Part shown: in pieces, positions 17,107 to 26,223 of the stretch
Layout: every line of letters begins with the position of its first letter
Numbering within the stretch: position 1 is the stretch's first letter
Source: Minisyncoccia bacterium
GTDB lineage: Bacteria; Patescibacteriota; Minisyncoccia; UBA6257; 2-01-FULL-56-20
Assembly (NCBI GenBank): GCA_050015515.1
Contig: JBEKBG010000004.1
Coordinates: forward strand, 1-55,669
Direction of reading: 5' to 3'
DNA length: 55,669 nucleotides
Notes under the pieces: generated by a model
Database searches by the model: none
What the model was told of the DNA's origin: nothing
What the model saw: only the letters and a program-made list of their open reading frames with translations
Program-made: the position numbers and the translations under genes

Positions 17107-17970
17107 ATGAATAATTTCATTGATCTAGTGCAACAATCCTTCGTGGAGAACGCGTTCATGGCGGGAACGCTGATCGCGATCGTTTCGGCAATCATCGGCT
17201 ACTTTGTAGTGCTGCGCGCACAGGCGTTCGCCGCGCACGCGCTGTCGCATATCGGCTTTGCGGGTGCGACGCTCGCGGCAGTCCTCGGTATCAGCGGATT
17301 GCTCGGCATGTCGGGATTTACCGTGGCGGCGGCGCTTGGCATGGGCGCGTTGGAAAAGCGCATCCGCGGGCGCGACGTAGAGATCGGCATGATATTATCC
17401 TTCGCGCTCGGTCTTGGTGTACTGTTCCTGCGGTGGTATACCAATTCATCGAGCGAGACGGTAAGCGTACTCTTTGGTTCGATTTTGAGCGTCACCCATG
17501 CGGATATAATCCTCACACTCGTGTTCGGGATCGGCACGCTTGTCATTCTTGCCGCCATCTTCCGCCCATTGCTTTTTAGTTCGATCGATCCGGAAGTGGC
17601 GGAGGCGCGCGGCGTGCCGATAAAAATACTTTCGATACTTTTTATGTTTCTACTCGCGATCACCGTGGCGGAAGCGATCCAGGTGGTGGGGGTCCTGCTC
17701 GTGTTCGCGCTGATCGTGGCGCCCGCGGCGGCGGCGCAACATCTGACGCGCAAGCCGTTTTCGGCCATCGCCATTTCCGTCGCGCTCGGCGTCGCCTTCA
17801 CGTGGGGCGGTCTGCTCCTCGCGCTCGCCACCAGCTGGCCGGTTTCGTTCTACATCGCCACGCTTGCGGCGCTCACGTACTTTATCGCTGTGAGAATTGC
17901 GCACTTCGCGCGACCGCATGCGCACGCCACCCATGAACATCCGGACGGAGAATATATAAAAGCGACGTGA
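17107..17970 (+). CDS. Metal ABC transporter permease (ABC-3 family) with a His-rich C-terminal tail
   Basis: 287 aa, clearly paralogous to 16286-17083. The tail reads HFARPHAHATHEHPDGEY. Confidence 0.85.
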   Translation: MNNFIDLVQQSFVENAFMAGTLIAIVSAIIGYFVVLRAQAFAAHALSHIGFAGATLAAVLGISGLLGMSGFTVAAALGMGALEKRIRGRDVEIGMILSFALGLGVLFLRWYTNSSSETVSVLFGSILSVTHADIILTLVFGIGTLVILAAIFRPLLFSSIDPEVAEARGVPIKILSILFMFLLAITVAEAIQVVGVLLVFALIVAPAAAAQHLTRKPFSAIAISVALGVAFTWGGLLLALATSWPVSFYIATLAALTYFIAVRIAHFARPHAHATHEHPDGEYIKAT

Positions 17971-17995
17971 TCCGATTTCGACCGCAATAAAAAAA

Positions 17996-18033
17996 GCCGC
18001 AGGGGATGAGATCTCTCTGCGGCTTTGCGCTTT
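17996..18033 (+). terminator. Intrinsic terminator of the metal transporter operon
   Basis: GCCGCAG/CTGCGGC stem (17996-18023) followed by TTTGCGCTTT. Confidence 0.6.
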
Positions 18034-18052
18034 GTGCGCGCCTCGGATTCTT

Positions 18053-18493
18053 TCATTGTGTCTTGAGCTTTCCGAGGCAGTCGTTGTAAGCCTCCTTCAT
18101 CTTTGCGGTCACGACGATATTCCAGACCTTTTCGCCCCTCTCTGTGCCGACAAGCCGCGCTATCGGTGCGGAGACGCTATCGTCGATGACCACCGTAAGC
18201 TTGTCCAATGACGCCTCGTCGTGGGCAATCGTCTTGTGGTCATCCAGGTAGTAGAAGAGGACGTATTCGTTGTTTGGCGAATATTGCGTCGTGGGCTCGA
18301 AGATAAAATAGGTCTCCTTCGCGGCGCAATATTTCATCTCTCTATACCGAGGATTCGGGTTGGTAGGCACAATTCCAAACTCGTGGGTCGCGAGCACCAC
18401 GGTCGGCACCTGCGCGTTGATAGGTTTTGGCGGGGCGCTCGCGAAAAGCACGAGCGTCACGATTGCAATGGACAAAGAGCAGCGGATGCTCAT
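18053..18493 (-). CDS. Secreted hypothetical protein
   Basis: 146 aa with an N-terminal signal peptide (MSIRCSLSIAIVTLVLFASAPP). GGAGG-type RBS. Confidence 0.6.
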   Translation of the reverse strand: MSIRCSLSIAIVTLVLFASAPPKPINAQVPTVVLATHEFGIVPTNPNPRYREMKYCAAKETYFIFEPTTQYSPNNEYVLFYYLDDHKTIAHDEASLDKLTVVIDDSVSAPIARLVGTERGEKVWNIVVTAKMKEAYNDCLGKLKTQ

Positions 18494-18581
18494 GACTCCT
18501 CCTGGTTATCCTTATATGACAACGTGGGAAATTTGTCCAGCCCGATGATAAATTATCTTATGGCGATGGTACAATACTAGT

Positions 18582-19253
18582 ATGCATATCACAAAACTTG
18601 GGCATTGCTGTTTGGTGCTGGAAGAGAACGGCGTGAAGATCCTCACCGACCCCGGTTCGTTCACGACGGAGCCGGTCAAGGCGGTGACGGGGATCAATAT
18701 CATCCTCATCACGCACGAACACACGGATCACTATCATATCGAGTCGATCGAAGCGGTGTTAAAGAACAATCCGGGCGCGGTCGTGGTGAGTAATGGCGCC
18801 GTTGCAAAGTTACTGGCAGAAAAGAACATTCCATGCACGGTGGTGGGCGACGCGCAGTCCGCGACCGTCGGTGCGGCAAGTGGCATGGCTGCAGGCGGCG
18901 GCATATTGATCGAAGGATTCGGCAGGGATCACGCGACGATTTACGGCACGATGGGGCTCGTGGAAAACACGGGATATTTCGTTGCGGGCAAATTCTATTT
19001 CCCCGGCGACGCGTTCCACAACCCAAAGCGGCCGATCGACGTGCTTGCGCTTCCGGTCGCCGGACCATGGATGAAGATCAGCGAGGCGATTGATTTTGCA
19101 AAGTTGGTAAAGCCGCGCATCGCGTTCGGCGTGCACGACGGCATGATTATTCCCGGATTCGGTGCCTTTGCCGCAAAGATGCTTCAGAATTTTCTCAAGC
19201 CGGACGGCGTCGATTATGTGACGCTGGGAGCCGGGGAGGGGAGAGAATTTTAA
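18582..19253 (+). CDS. MBL-fold metallo-hydrolase
   Basis: 223 aa. HEHTDH motif and beta-lactamase-fold pattern. Confidence 0.8.
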   Translation: MHITKLGHCCLVLEENGVKILTDPGSFTTEPVKAVTGINIILITHEHTDHYHIESIEAVLKNNPGAVVVSNGAVAKLLAEKNIPCTVVGDAQSATVGAASGMAAGGGILIEGFGRDHATIYGTMGLVENTGYFVAGKFYFPGDAFHNPKRPIDVLALPVAGPWMKISEAIDFAKLVKPRIAFGVHDGMIIPGFGAFAAKMLQNFLKPDGVDYVTLGAGEGREF

Positions 19254-19259
19254 GGGATG

Positions 19260-19330
19260 CTGGGGGGCTTGGAATCGAACCAAGATTCGCCGGTTCAAAG
19301 CCGGATGTCCGACCGTTAGACTACCCCCCA
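19260..19330 (-). tRNA. tRNA-Gln (anticodon UUG)
   Basis: Cloverleaf TGGGGGG-TA-GTCT-AACGGTC-GGAC-A-TCCGG-CTTTGAA-CCGGC-GAAT-CTTGG-TTCGATT-CCAAG-CCCCCCA-G. U1-A72 and G73 are typical of bacterial tRNA-Gln. CCA is not encoded. Confidence 0.9.
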
Positions 19331-19331
19331 A

Positions 19332-20015
19332 TCAACGAAAAAAGTTTACCACGCCGCGCGTCCATCCTGCAATCTGGCGATTTAATGAAGAGCCTGATTT
19401 TACATATACATTAAGGGTGCCGTGATAAGAATTTCCAGTGTTCCTTCTGATTGTTTTTGGATTGCCTTTTTTATAATACACGTGTGCGATGACATCTTCG
19501 GGACCATTAATAATACTTGTCCAGAATGATACGATTTCATCCGTTCGTTCGCGCTGCAAATCATGGATATAAACACTTATAACAAGATCATCGAATGTTT
19601 TGTGGTAGACTTTTTTCAACCAGAGAAGAAACAACCGTATCATATCAGGATCGGTGTTACTAAACTGCATTTTGCCGCTCGGCCGATATTCTTTTTCTTT
19701 CGACCCTTCCGCCCAATAAAGCATCACGCCCATAAGCCAAAGTTCGCGACGGGTGATGGTGCCGATGTCTTTTATCGCGTCCGTCATAATTTTTTCGGTT
19801 GCTGCGATGCGCTGAGCTCTTTTTGCTGCACCGCCTTTTCCGATCGCTTCCAACTTCTTTGCGGTCAATCGCTGCTTTTGATGTTTCGATAGTCCGACCG
19901 AATGGAGCCAATCCGAGAGCGTTGATTTTGCTATGGGGATTTGTGCCATGATCTCGCGATAGGTCAAACCTCGCCTCCTAAGTTCGATTGCTTCCGCTTT
20001 AAGGATAGATTTCAT
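19332..20015 (-). CDS. HTH plus single-motif LAGLIDADG-like endonuclease-family protein
   Basis: 227 aa. N-terminal resolvase-type HTH (GLTYREIMAQIPIAKSTLSDWL), then LMGVMLYWAEGSK, a LAGLIDADG-like motif. The stop lies 1 nt before the tRNA-Gln 5' end. Confidence 0.55.
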   Translation of the reverse strand: MKSILKAEAIELRRRGLTYREIMAQIPIAKSTLSDWLHSVGLSKHQKQRLTAKKLEAIGKGGAAKRAQRIAATEKIMTDAIKDIGTITRRELWLMGVMLYWAEGSKEKEYRPSGKMQFSNTDPDMIRLFLLWLKKVYHKTFDDLVISVYIHDLQRERTDEIVSFWTSIINGPEDVIAHVYYKKGNPKTIRRNTGNSYHGTLNVYVKSGSSLNRQIAGWTRGVVNFFR

Positions 20016-20137
20016 ATGGTTTTGTTGTAGTAATAGTTATCGACGCTATAACCATAACAAAACAACATTAAATCTATGTTAAAATATAATTAACAAGCAG
20101 CCGTAAAAAACAAACTAATTAACCATATTAATTTCTT

Positions 20138-20773
20138 ATGAAATACGAACTCCCAAAACTCCCCTATGCCTACGACGCGCTCGAGCCGTACATCGACGCT
20201 AAAACGATGGAGATTCATTACACGAAGCACCACCAGACGTATGTCAACAAGTTGAACGAGGCGTTGGATAAACATCCCGAAATCGCGGACAAGCCGCTTG
20301 AGGAGCTACTTGCCAACCTGGACGCGGTGCCGGAGGATATTCGCACGGCGGTGCGCAATCATGGTGGCGGCCACGCCAACCACTCATTCTTTTGGACGGT
20401 CATGGGACCGCAGGGCGCGGGCGTTGGCAAGGAACCGGAAGGCAAGATAGCGGATGAGATCGTCGCCGCGTTCGGCGACGTGGCAAAGTTCAAAGAGGAA
20501 TTCGCCATGACCGCTGCCGGTGTGTTCGGTTCGGGCTGGGCGTGGCTCGTGATCGGCGCAGACGGAAAGCTCGCGATAACTTCAACACCGAACCAGGATA
20601 GTCCGCTCACGAAGCATCAAAAGCCGCTCCTTGGGTTGGATGTGTGGGAGCACGCTTACTATCTGAAGTACCAGAACAAACGTCCGGATTATATCGACGC
20701 CTGGTGGAACGTGGTGAATTGGTCGGCGGTTAACAAAAAGTTTTCGGCTTCTGTCCCTCCTCCTGTATTGTAA
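20138..20773 (+). CDS. Fe/Mn superoxide dismutase
   Basis: 211 aa. HHQTYV and DVWEHAYY motifs. Confidence 0.95.
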   Translation: MKYELPKLPYAYDALEPYIDAKTMEIHYTKHHQTYVNKLNEALDKHPEIADKPLEELLANLDAVPEDIRTAVRNHGGGHANHSFFWTVMGPQGAGVGKEPEGKIADEIVAAFGDVAKFKEEFAMTAAGVFGSGWAWLVIGADGKLAITSTPNQDSPLTKHQKPLLGLDVWEHAYYLKYQNKRPDYIDAWWNVVNWSAVNKKFSASVPPPVL

Positions 20774-21578
20774 CCAATTTTAGCGCCCCGCCGTCCATCC
20801 GCGCTTCGAGCAGTTTTACCCGCTTGCCGTTTTGTAGTGTCCACGCGCCGGGTTCGGGATTCAGCGCGTTGATGGTCCGCACGATCAGTTCCGCTTTGTC
20901 GCTATTTCCGGCAAGCGCCGCGTCGAGTTCGGATTGTTCGACGAACCCGTTGTCGGTGATGAATTTTTTTGTGAAGCTCGCGCGGGATTCGTCCTGTGTG
21001 CGTGGCACGGCACTGCCATCCAGCAGTGCGGGGATGGTTTTTATTAACAGCCGCGCAGAGAGCTTGGCCAATTGTTCTTCGAGGGTACAATAGTCCGTGG
21101 TAAGCGCCTCCAGTGGGATCTCTTCCTGCGCGAAGATCGCGCCATGATCCATCTTTTCATCCATGGCATAGATAGTTGATCCGGTTTTGGTCTCGCCGGC
21201 AAGAATGACGGATTGGATAGGCGATGCGCCGCGATATGCAGGCAGGAGCGAGGGGTGGGTGCCGAGCGTGCCGAGCCGGGGCACCGAAAGCACGGCATGC
21301 GGAATGATCTTTGCGTACGCGGCGACCACGAAAAAATCTGGCTGCAGTGCGCGGAGCTGCGCCACCAACTCGTCATCCAGCTTTTCCGGTTGGAGTACGA
21401 GCGTTGATAGTTTTTTATCCAAAATGAGCTGCTTTGTTGGCGGGGGAGTAACGATCTTTTTTCGGCCAAGCGGCCGGTCGGGATTGCACACGATCGCGGC
21501 GGGAACAAAGTGGTCAGCGATCAAGTCGCTCAAAACGATCTCCGCAAAACGCGGTGTCCCGAAGAAGACATAGTTCAT
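20730..21578 (-). CDS. fmt: Methionyl-tRNA formyltransferase
   Basis: 282 aa. [15 protein letters not shown] motif. Overlaps def by 4 nt. The 3' end overlaps the convergent sod gene by 44 nt. Confidence 0.9.
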   Translation of the reverse strand: MNYVFFGTPRFAEIVLSDLIADHFVPAAIVCNPDRPLGRKKIVTPPPTKQLILDKKLSTLVLQPEKLDDELVAQLRALQPDFFVVAAYAKIIPHAVLSVPRLGTLGTHPSLLPAYRGASPIQSVILAGETKTGSTIYAMDEKMDHGAIFAQEEIPLEALTTDYCTLEEQLAKLSARLLIKTIPALLDGSAVPRTQDESRASFTKKFITDNGFVEQSELDAALAGNSDKAELIVRTINALNPEPGAWTLQNGKRVKLLEARMDGGALKLVTIQEEGQKPKTFC

Positions 21579-22072
21579 GTTTGTTCGGATGTGTAGAGCT
21601 TCTTTGCCTTATCAATAAAAAGTTTTCCATTCAAGTGGTCGATCTCATGCTGAAAGACGCGCGCGAGCAGGCCCCACGCCTTCACTTTTACCTTCTTTCC
21701 CATCTTGTTATAGCCGCTGACAACGATGGTCTCCGCGCGTGTCACTTCGCCCCACTGCCCGGGGACGCTCAGACATCCTTCCTCGAAAGCGATGGTGGCC
21801 TTATCCGCTTTTTCAAGGACAGGATTGAACACCGCATAGAACTTTGTGCCGCCTTGCGCGTCCGGCACCTCGGCAACGAAGACGGAAAATTCCAACCCGA
21901 TCTGATTGGCGGAGAGTCCGATGCCGTTCGCCGCGTGCATGATGCGCCGCATCCGCGTGATGAGCTCATTCACTTCTTTCCGCGTAAATTTTTTGAAATC
22001 AAACGGCACGGTCTTTTTCCGTAAAAATTTCTCATCTTTTTTCTGCGCGACGGTGACGATCTCGGGAATCAT
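21575..22072 (-). CDS. def: Peptide deformylase
   Basis: 165 aa. GIGLSANQIG, EGCLSVP and HEIDHL motifs. Confidence 0.95.
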   Translation of the reverse strand: MIPEIVTVAQKKDEKFLRKKTVPFDFKKFTRKEVNELITRMRRIMHAANGIGLSANQIGLEFSVFVAEVPDAQGGTKFYAVFNPVLEKADKATIAFEEGCLSVPGQWGEVTRAETIVVSGYNKMGKKVKVKAWGLLARVFQHEIDHLNGKLFIDKAKKLYTSEQT

Positions 22073-22073
22073 A

Positions 22074-22379
22074 TTATTTGAATTTTGATGGTGGCTTTGG
22101 TTTTGGCATTGCGCCAGGTTTGGTATTTCGCTCTTTAAGCATCGTCATAAAATATGCACCCTTGTTCTTTACGTTCGCCCGCTCGGCGATGTCCTTTGCA
22201 AGACGCATCAGCGTTTCGGCATCCTGCTCTTTGGCGAGTTTAATATAGAGCGCTTTGTGCTTTTCATCAGCCAATATTTGAGAGATCTCAAGGCCGAGCA
22301 GCTGGTATTTTTTGTAAACATGCGACTCCTTACCACGACGCTTGAGCTCTGCCACGTATTTCTCCCGCATGCGTGCCAT
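22074..22379 (-). CDS. Hypothetical basic protein
   Basis: 101 aa, lysine-rich. Stop is 1 nt before the def start. No family recognised. Confidence 0.55.
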   Translation of the reverse strand: MARMREKYVAELKRRGKESHVYKKYQLLGLEISQILADEKHKALYIKLAKEQDAETLMRLAKDIAERANVKNKGAYFMTMLKERNTKPGAMPKPKPPSKFK

Positions 22380-22420
22380 GGCTCTATTTTAACGCATTTT
22401 GAGGTTGTTGGCGAATTTTA

Positions 22421-22438
22421 TTTTAGATAGTTTTAATG
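22421..22438 (+). promoter_or_regulatory. 18-nt motif TTTTAGATAGTTTTAATG (site 2 of 5)
   Basis: Upstream of the S41 protease gene. TGcTAAAAT (22463-22471) follows. Confidence 0.45.
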
Positions 22439-22469
22439 CCTTTTTCTTTTATCTTGAAACTCTGCTAAA

Positions 22470-23810
22470 ATGAACCCAATGACAAAAGAGCTGAAAAAGA
22501 AGATATTGAGCATTATCGCAATTGTGGTGCTCGGGTGTGTCCTCATTGGAAGTGGCGTGTGGATTGGTTGGACGGCGGGGCGGAACCATCCTAAGAACAT
22601 CGTGATAAGCGAGGCGACGAACATCACGCCGAACGCGTCCACGACGAGCGCGGACTTCAACACGTTCTGGGCGGCTTGGGCTGATATCCAGAATGAATCG
22701 CTCTGGACGCCGAGTACGACGCCCACCCAGCGCATGTACGGCGCGATAACGGGCATGGTCGGATCGCTTGGCGACCCGTACACGGAGTTTTTCACACCGG
22801 AGGACAGCAGCCAGTTCCAGCAGGACATCACCGGCAACTTCGGCGGCATCGGCGCCGAGCTCGGCGAGAATACCAGCACACAGATCGTCGTCATCTCCGC
22901 TATCAGCAGCACGCCGGCGTTCGCGGCGGGATTGAAGCCGGAGGATATCATCACTTCCATTAATAGTAGCTCGACCGCAAGTATGAATATTGATGATGCG
23001 GTCAATTTGATCCGCGGTACGGTGGGCACGAACGTCACTCTTGGTATTTTGCGCGACGGTTGGAGCGCGCCGAAAAACTTTACCATCACCCGTGCCAACA
23101 TCCAGGTGCCGACGGTGGAGTTTTCTATGAAGGGCGATATTGCGTATATCCAGCTGAACGAATTCACGCAGGACGCCGACGATTTATTCTTCAAGGCGTT
23201 ACAAAATGCAGTGAATGCTAACGCGAAAGGAATTGTATTGGACTTGCGCGGCGATCCGGGAGGCTATCTGCAAGTGGCGGTAGATATTTCGGGATACTTC
23301 CTTAAGCCGGGCTCGCCAGTGGTCAAGGAGGTTGGCCGCACGGTGCCGGAGCAGGATTACACAGCGACGGGCAGTGGCGCGTTGGACACCATGCCGATGG
23401 CGATCTTGATCGACGACGGCACCGCGTCTGCGGCGGAGATCCTTTCCGGAGCGCTGAACGACGATCGCAACGTGCCGCTCGTCGGCGCGAAGAGCTTTGG
23501 CAAGGGGACGGTGCAGGAGCTCGAAAATCTTCCCGATGGTTCGTCGCTCAAGATCACGGTGGCGCACTGGGTGTTGCCGTCCGGGCGCATCTTGGACCAC
23601 GACGGATTGCTGCCGAACTATCCGGTGGCGATCACCGACGCGCAAGTCACGGCTGGCAAGGATCCTCAGCTTGATGAGGCGTTGAGTATCGTGACGGACG
23701 AGATCAATGGCACGCCGCTTCCGCCTTCTGCGGACACGAGCGCGGCGGCAGCAGCAGCCGCTACAGCCGCCGCAAACGCCGCGGCAAGCAGCACCGCGAG
23801 CGGGCAATAA
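22470..23810 (+). CDS. S41-family carboxy-terminal processing protease
   Basis: 446 aa. TM anchor, PDZ region, and DLRGDPGG / SASAAEI motifs. The second ATG at 22479 sits 7 nt after the -10 element, so a leaderless start there is possible. Confidence 0.9.
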   Translation: MNPMTKELKKKILSIIAIVVLGCVLIGSGVWIGWTAGRNHPKNIVISEATNITPNASTTSADFNTFWAAWADIQNESLWTPSTTPTQRMYGAITGMVGSLGDPYTEFFTPEDSSQFQQDITGNFGGIGAELGENTSTQIVVISAISSTPAFAAGLKPEDIITSINSSSTASMNIDDAVNLIRGTVGTNVTLGILRDGWSAPKNFTITRANIQVPTVEFSMKGDIAYIQLNEFTQDADDLFFKALQNAVNANAKGIVLDLRGDPGGYLQVAVDISGYFLKPGSPVVKEVGRTVPEQDYTATGSGALDTMPMAILIDDGTASAAEILSGALNDDRNVPLVGAKSFGKGTVQELENLPDGSSLKITVAHWVLPSGRILDHDGLLPNYPVAITDAQVTAGKDPQLDEALSIVTDEINGTPLPPSADTSAAAAAAATAAANAAASSTASGQ

Positions 23811-23827
23811 TTAATCATTAAAAATCC

Positions 23828-24277
23828 ATGAAAGTAATCTTCCTCGATGACGTGCGCAATGTCGGCAAAAAATACGAGATCAAAGATGTGAGCGATGGCT
23901 ACGCGCGGAATTTTCTTTTTCCGAACAAGCTGGCGGAGACCGCCTCGCCCGAAGCGATAAAAAAACTCGAGTCCATGAAGGCGGCGCATGAGAAGGAAGA
24001 CAAGGAGACACTCGCACAGCTCGAGGCGGTCGCGCGGAAGATAAACGAGACGAAGATCGAGTTTGCGGTAAAAACCGACAAATCCGGCGCCGTGTTCGGC
24101 TCGGTCAATAAAGAGAGTATTTTGAAAGCGCTTCGCGAGCACAAACTGATCGGCACCGAGCGGATCGATATCGATTTGAAATATCCCATCAAAGAGCTGG
24201 GCGAGTACGCCGTGCCGATCGATCTCAGAAAGGGCGTCGTGGCAAAACTTGGCGTCCTCGTAGTAAAGAGCGAGTAA
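23828..24277 (+). CDS. rplI: 50S ribosomal protein L9
   Basis: 149 aa. [32 protein letters not shown] is the canonical L9 N-terminus. Confidence 0.95.
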   Translation: MKVIFLDDVRNVGKKYEIKDVSDGYARNFLFPNKLAETASPEAIKKLESMKAAHEKEDKETLAQLEAVARKINETKIEFAVKTDKSGAVFGSVNKESILKALREHKLIGTERIDIDLKYPIKELGEYAVPIDLRKGVVAKLGVLVVKSE

Positions 24278-24366
24278 ACTCCTTTACCTGTTCGAATTCC
24301 TCCCTCTCCGTAAAGATTGACAATAATATCATCGCATGTTATCTTCTGCGCTAGGAGGAACAGCCA

Positions 24367-24738
24367 ATGCCCAACACCAACGAGGTAACGTGCAGGGAGT
24401 GCGGGCTCTCTTTTACTCCTTCCTTTGCATTCGACTTCTATCCAGACGGAAAAGACCCAACGGTGGGACGCTGTGAGAACTGCTTCATGGCGAAAGCGTT
24501 TAGCGCTCCGGCGGCGACCAACAACAATAGGCCGACACCCATTTCCGAAGGCCATGCGAAGACCGTGTGCAAGTTCGGTCAGCGGGCGGCGACCTGCAGC
24601 TTTCTGGGTATGTCAGACGGATTCCACTGCTTGAAGGGAAGCGAATTCGAACCCAATATCAAGCAACGCCGGGGAGAAGGCTCCATGGGGGCGATGGGAG
24701 ACAACTGCTCTGGGCCACCAGATTTCGTCGTCGGTTGA
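24367..24738 (+). CDS. Cys-rich hypothetical protein (N-terminal zinc-ribbon-like CxxC...CxxC)
   Basis: 123 aa. AGGAGG RBS. Candidate promoter TTGACA-17-TATCTT upstream and a terminator downstream. Confidence 0.6.
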   Translation: MPNTNEVTCRECGLSFTPSFAFDFYPDGKDPTVGRCENCFMAKAFSAPAATNNNRPTPISEGHAKTVCKFGQRAATCSFLGMSDGFHCLKGSEFEPNIKQRRGEGSMGAMGDNCSGPPDFVVG

Positions 24739-24765
24739 ATGTGAATCTCGCCGAGAGATGCAATG

Positions 24766-24803
24766 ACAGCCTGTTTAGGGTAAGACCTTACAGGCTGTTT
24801 TTA
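24766..24803 (+). terminator. Intrinsic terminator
   Basis: ACAGCCTGT/ACAGGCTGT stem followed by TTTTT. Confidence 0.75.
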
Positions 24804-24922
24804 TTTGTCCTTAGAAATTGTCGAACCCAGCTTTGGATCAACTTTGTTCCAACTTCGTCCCACACTGCACACATCAAAAAAAACACCGATCAAATCGGCG
24901 GTTTTTTTGAAAGTCTTTTTTC

Positions 24923-25198
24923 TTATGCCACTACCTGCACCACCGTCGCTCTACGACGTGAACCATCAAAGTGCCCTTTCATCTTGGTGACAAATTTGAC
25001 CGTGCCGTTTTTTCCGGCAAAGAGCGTGTCGTCGGCAGCTCGGATGACATTGACGCCTGGAGTGTACTTGGTGCCGCGCTGGCGGACGATGATCTGGCCG
25101 ACCATGACTTTTTGGCCGTCCTGAAGTTTGACGCCGAGGCGCTTGGCGACGGAATCGCGTCCTAATTTGGTAGAGCCGATGGCTTTGGTATGTGCCAT
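24923..25198 (-). CDS. rpmA: 50S ribosomal protein L27
   Basis: 91 aa. [16 protein letters not shown]...RQRGTK signature. Confidence 0.95.
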   Translation of the reverse strand: MAHTKAIGSTKLGRDSVAKRLGVKLQDGQKVMVGQIIVRQRGTKYTPGVNVIRAADDTLFAGKNGTVKFVTKMKGHFDGSRRRATVVQVVA

Positions 25199-25264
25199 AA
25201 AATAATTAAATAATGGTTAAACGCTATTTCTAATGTCATTCCATTTTATGTTAGAATACGGGTA

Positions 25265-25984
25265 ATGTCAACCACCAACAAGCTCGTCATCGATATAGAG
25301 ACCATTGGCGAGGATTTTGATGCGCTCGACAAGGCCACGCAGGAGAACATCACCCGCTGGATCAAGCGGGAGTCCGGGAGCGAAGAGGAGTACAAGATCG
25401 CGTTGGAGGACCTTAAAAACGGTCTCGGCTTTTCGCCGCTCACCGGCGAAATCGTGGCGATCGGCTTGCTCGACTATCACAAGAACGAAGGCGCGGTGTA
25501 TTACCAAGCGCCCGGGCAGAGGAACGCAGAGGTAAAGGAGGATGGCGTGAGTTTCAAGCAGATGACGGAAAAAGATATGCTCGCAAAGTTCTGGGAACTC
25601 GCGGAGCGGTACCAAGTATTCATCACGTTCAACGGTCGCGCGTTCGACATGCCGTTCATTATGATCCGCTCCGCGGTCCACGGTATCCGGCCGACGAAAG
25701 ATCTGATGCGCGGGCGATATCTCTATCAGAATAATCCGGAGGCGTTGCATATTGATCTTGCGGAGCAATTCTCGTTCTACGGGGCGACGCGGCGGAAGGG
25801 GAGTTTGCACCTATGGTCACGTGCGTTCGGTATCCCGAGTCCCAAAGCCGGCGGTGTGACCGGCGACGATGTCGGTCCGCTCTTCAAAAAGAAAAAGTTT
25901 TTGGATATTGCAAAGTACAACGTTCGCGACATCCGCGCCACGCGGGAGCTGTATACAAAGTGGGAGAGCTACTTGCAGTTTTAG
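25265..25984 (+). CDS. RNase H-like 3'-5' exonuclease (PolB-exonuclease-domain-related)
   Basis: 239 aa. DIET acidic motif at the N-terminus and FNGRAFDMPF. Confidence 0.7.
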   Translation: MSTTNKLVIDIETIGEDFDALDKATQENITRWIKRESGSEEEYKIALEDLKNGLGFSPLTGEIVAIGLLDYHKNEGAVYYQAPGQRNAEVKEDGVSFKQMTEKDMLAKFWELAERYQVFITFNGRAFDMPFIMIRSAVHGIRPTKDLMRGRYLYQNNPEALHIDLAEQFSFYGATRRKGSLHLWSRAFGIPSPKAGGVTGDDVGPLFKKKKFLDIAKYNVRDIRATRELYTKWESYLQF

Positions 25985-25996
25985 ATAGTTTTAATG
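25979..25996 (+). promoter_or_regulatory. 18-nt motif TTTTAGATAGTTTTAATG (site 3 of 5)
   Basis: Overlaps the exonuclease stop codon. TGcTAGCAT follows, with the TG 7 nt after the motif. Confidence 0.45.
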
Positions 25997-26042
25997 TGCA
26001 ATGTGCTAGCATCGCTTTGTGGAAAAGATAAAAATTTATATC

Positions 26043-26171
26043 GTGGCGCACAAAAGGGAAGTCGCCTTTGGTGTGATCCTATTTTTCGTGGCGTCGCTCA
26101 GCTTTGCCTTGGGCTATACCGCCAGCCGGCAATTCAACCACGAGCCGATCATTATAGAGAAATGCGCATAG
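26043..26171 (+). CDS. Small membrane protein (42 aa, GTG start, not in ORF track)
   Basis: Peptide VAHKREVAFGVILFFVASLSFALGYTASRQFNHEPIIIEKCA has one TM helix. Followed directly by a strong terminator. Start codon uncertain. Confidence 0.4.
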   Translation: MAHKREVAFGVILFFVASLSFALGYTASRQFNHEPIIIEKCA

Positions 26172-26177
26172 AAAAAA

Positions 26178-26207
26178 CCGCTAGCACAAATATGCTAGCG
26201 GCTTTTT
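26178..26207. terminator. Bidirectional intrinsic terminator
   Basis: CCGCTAGCA/TGCTAGCGG stem flanked by A6 and T5. Sits between convergent genes. Confidence 0.8.
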
Positions 26208-26223
26208 CTTATTCAAACGATTT

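Noticed and set aside
18020-18050. TGCGCGCCTCGG, matching part of the conserved core of palindrome A.
   Set aside because: Only a 12-nt match exists, located at the terminator and 3' end of a coding gene. None of the other core blocks or hairpins are present.
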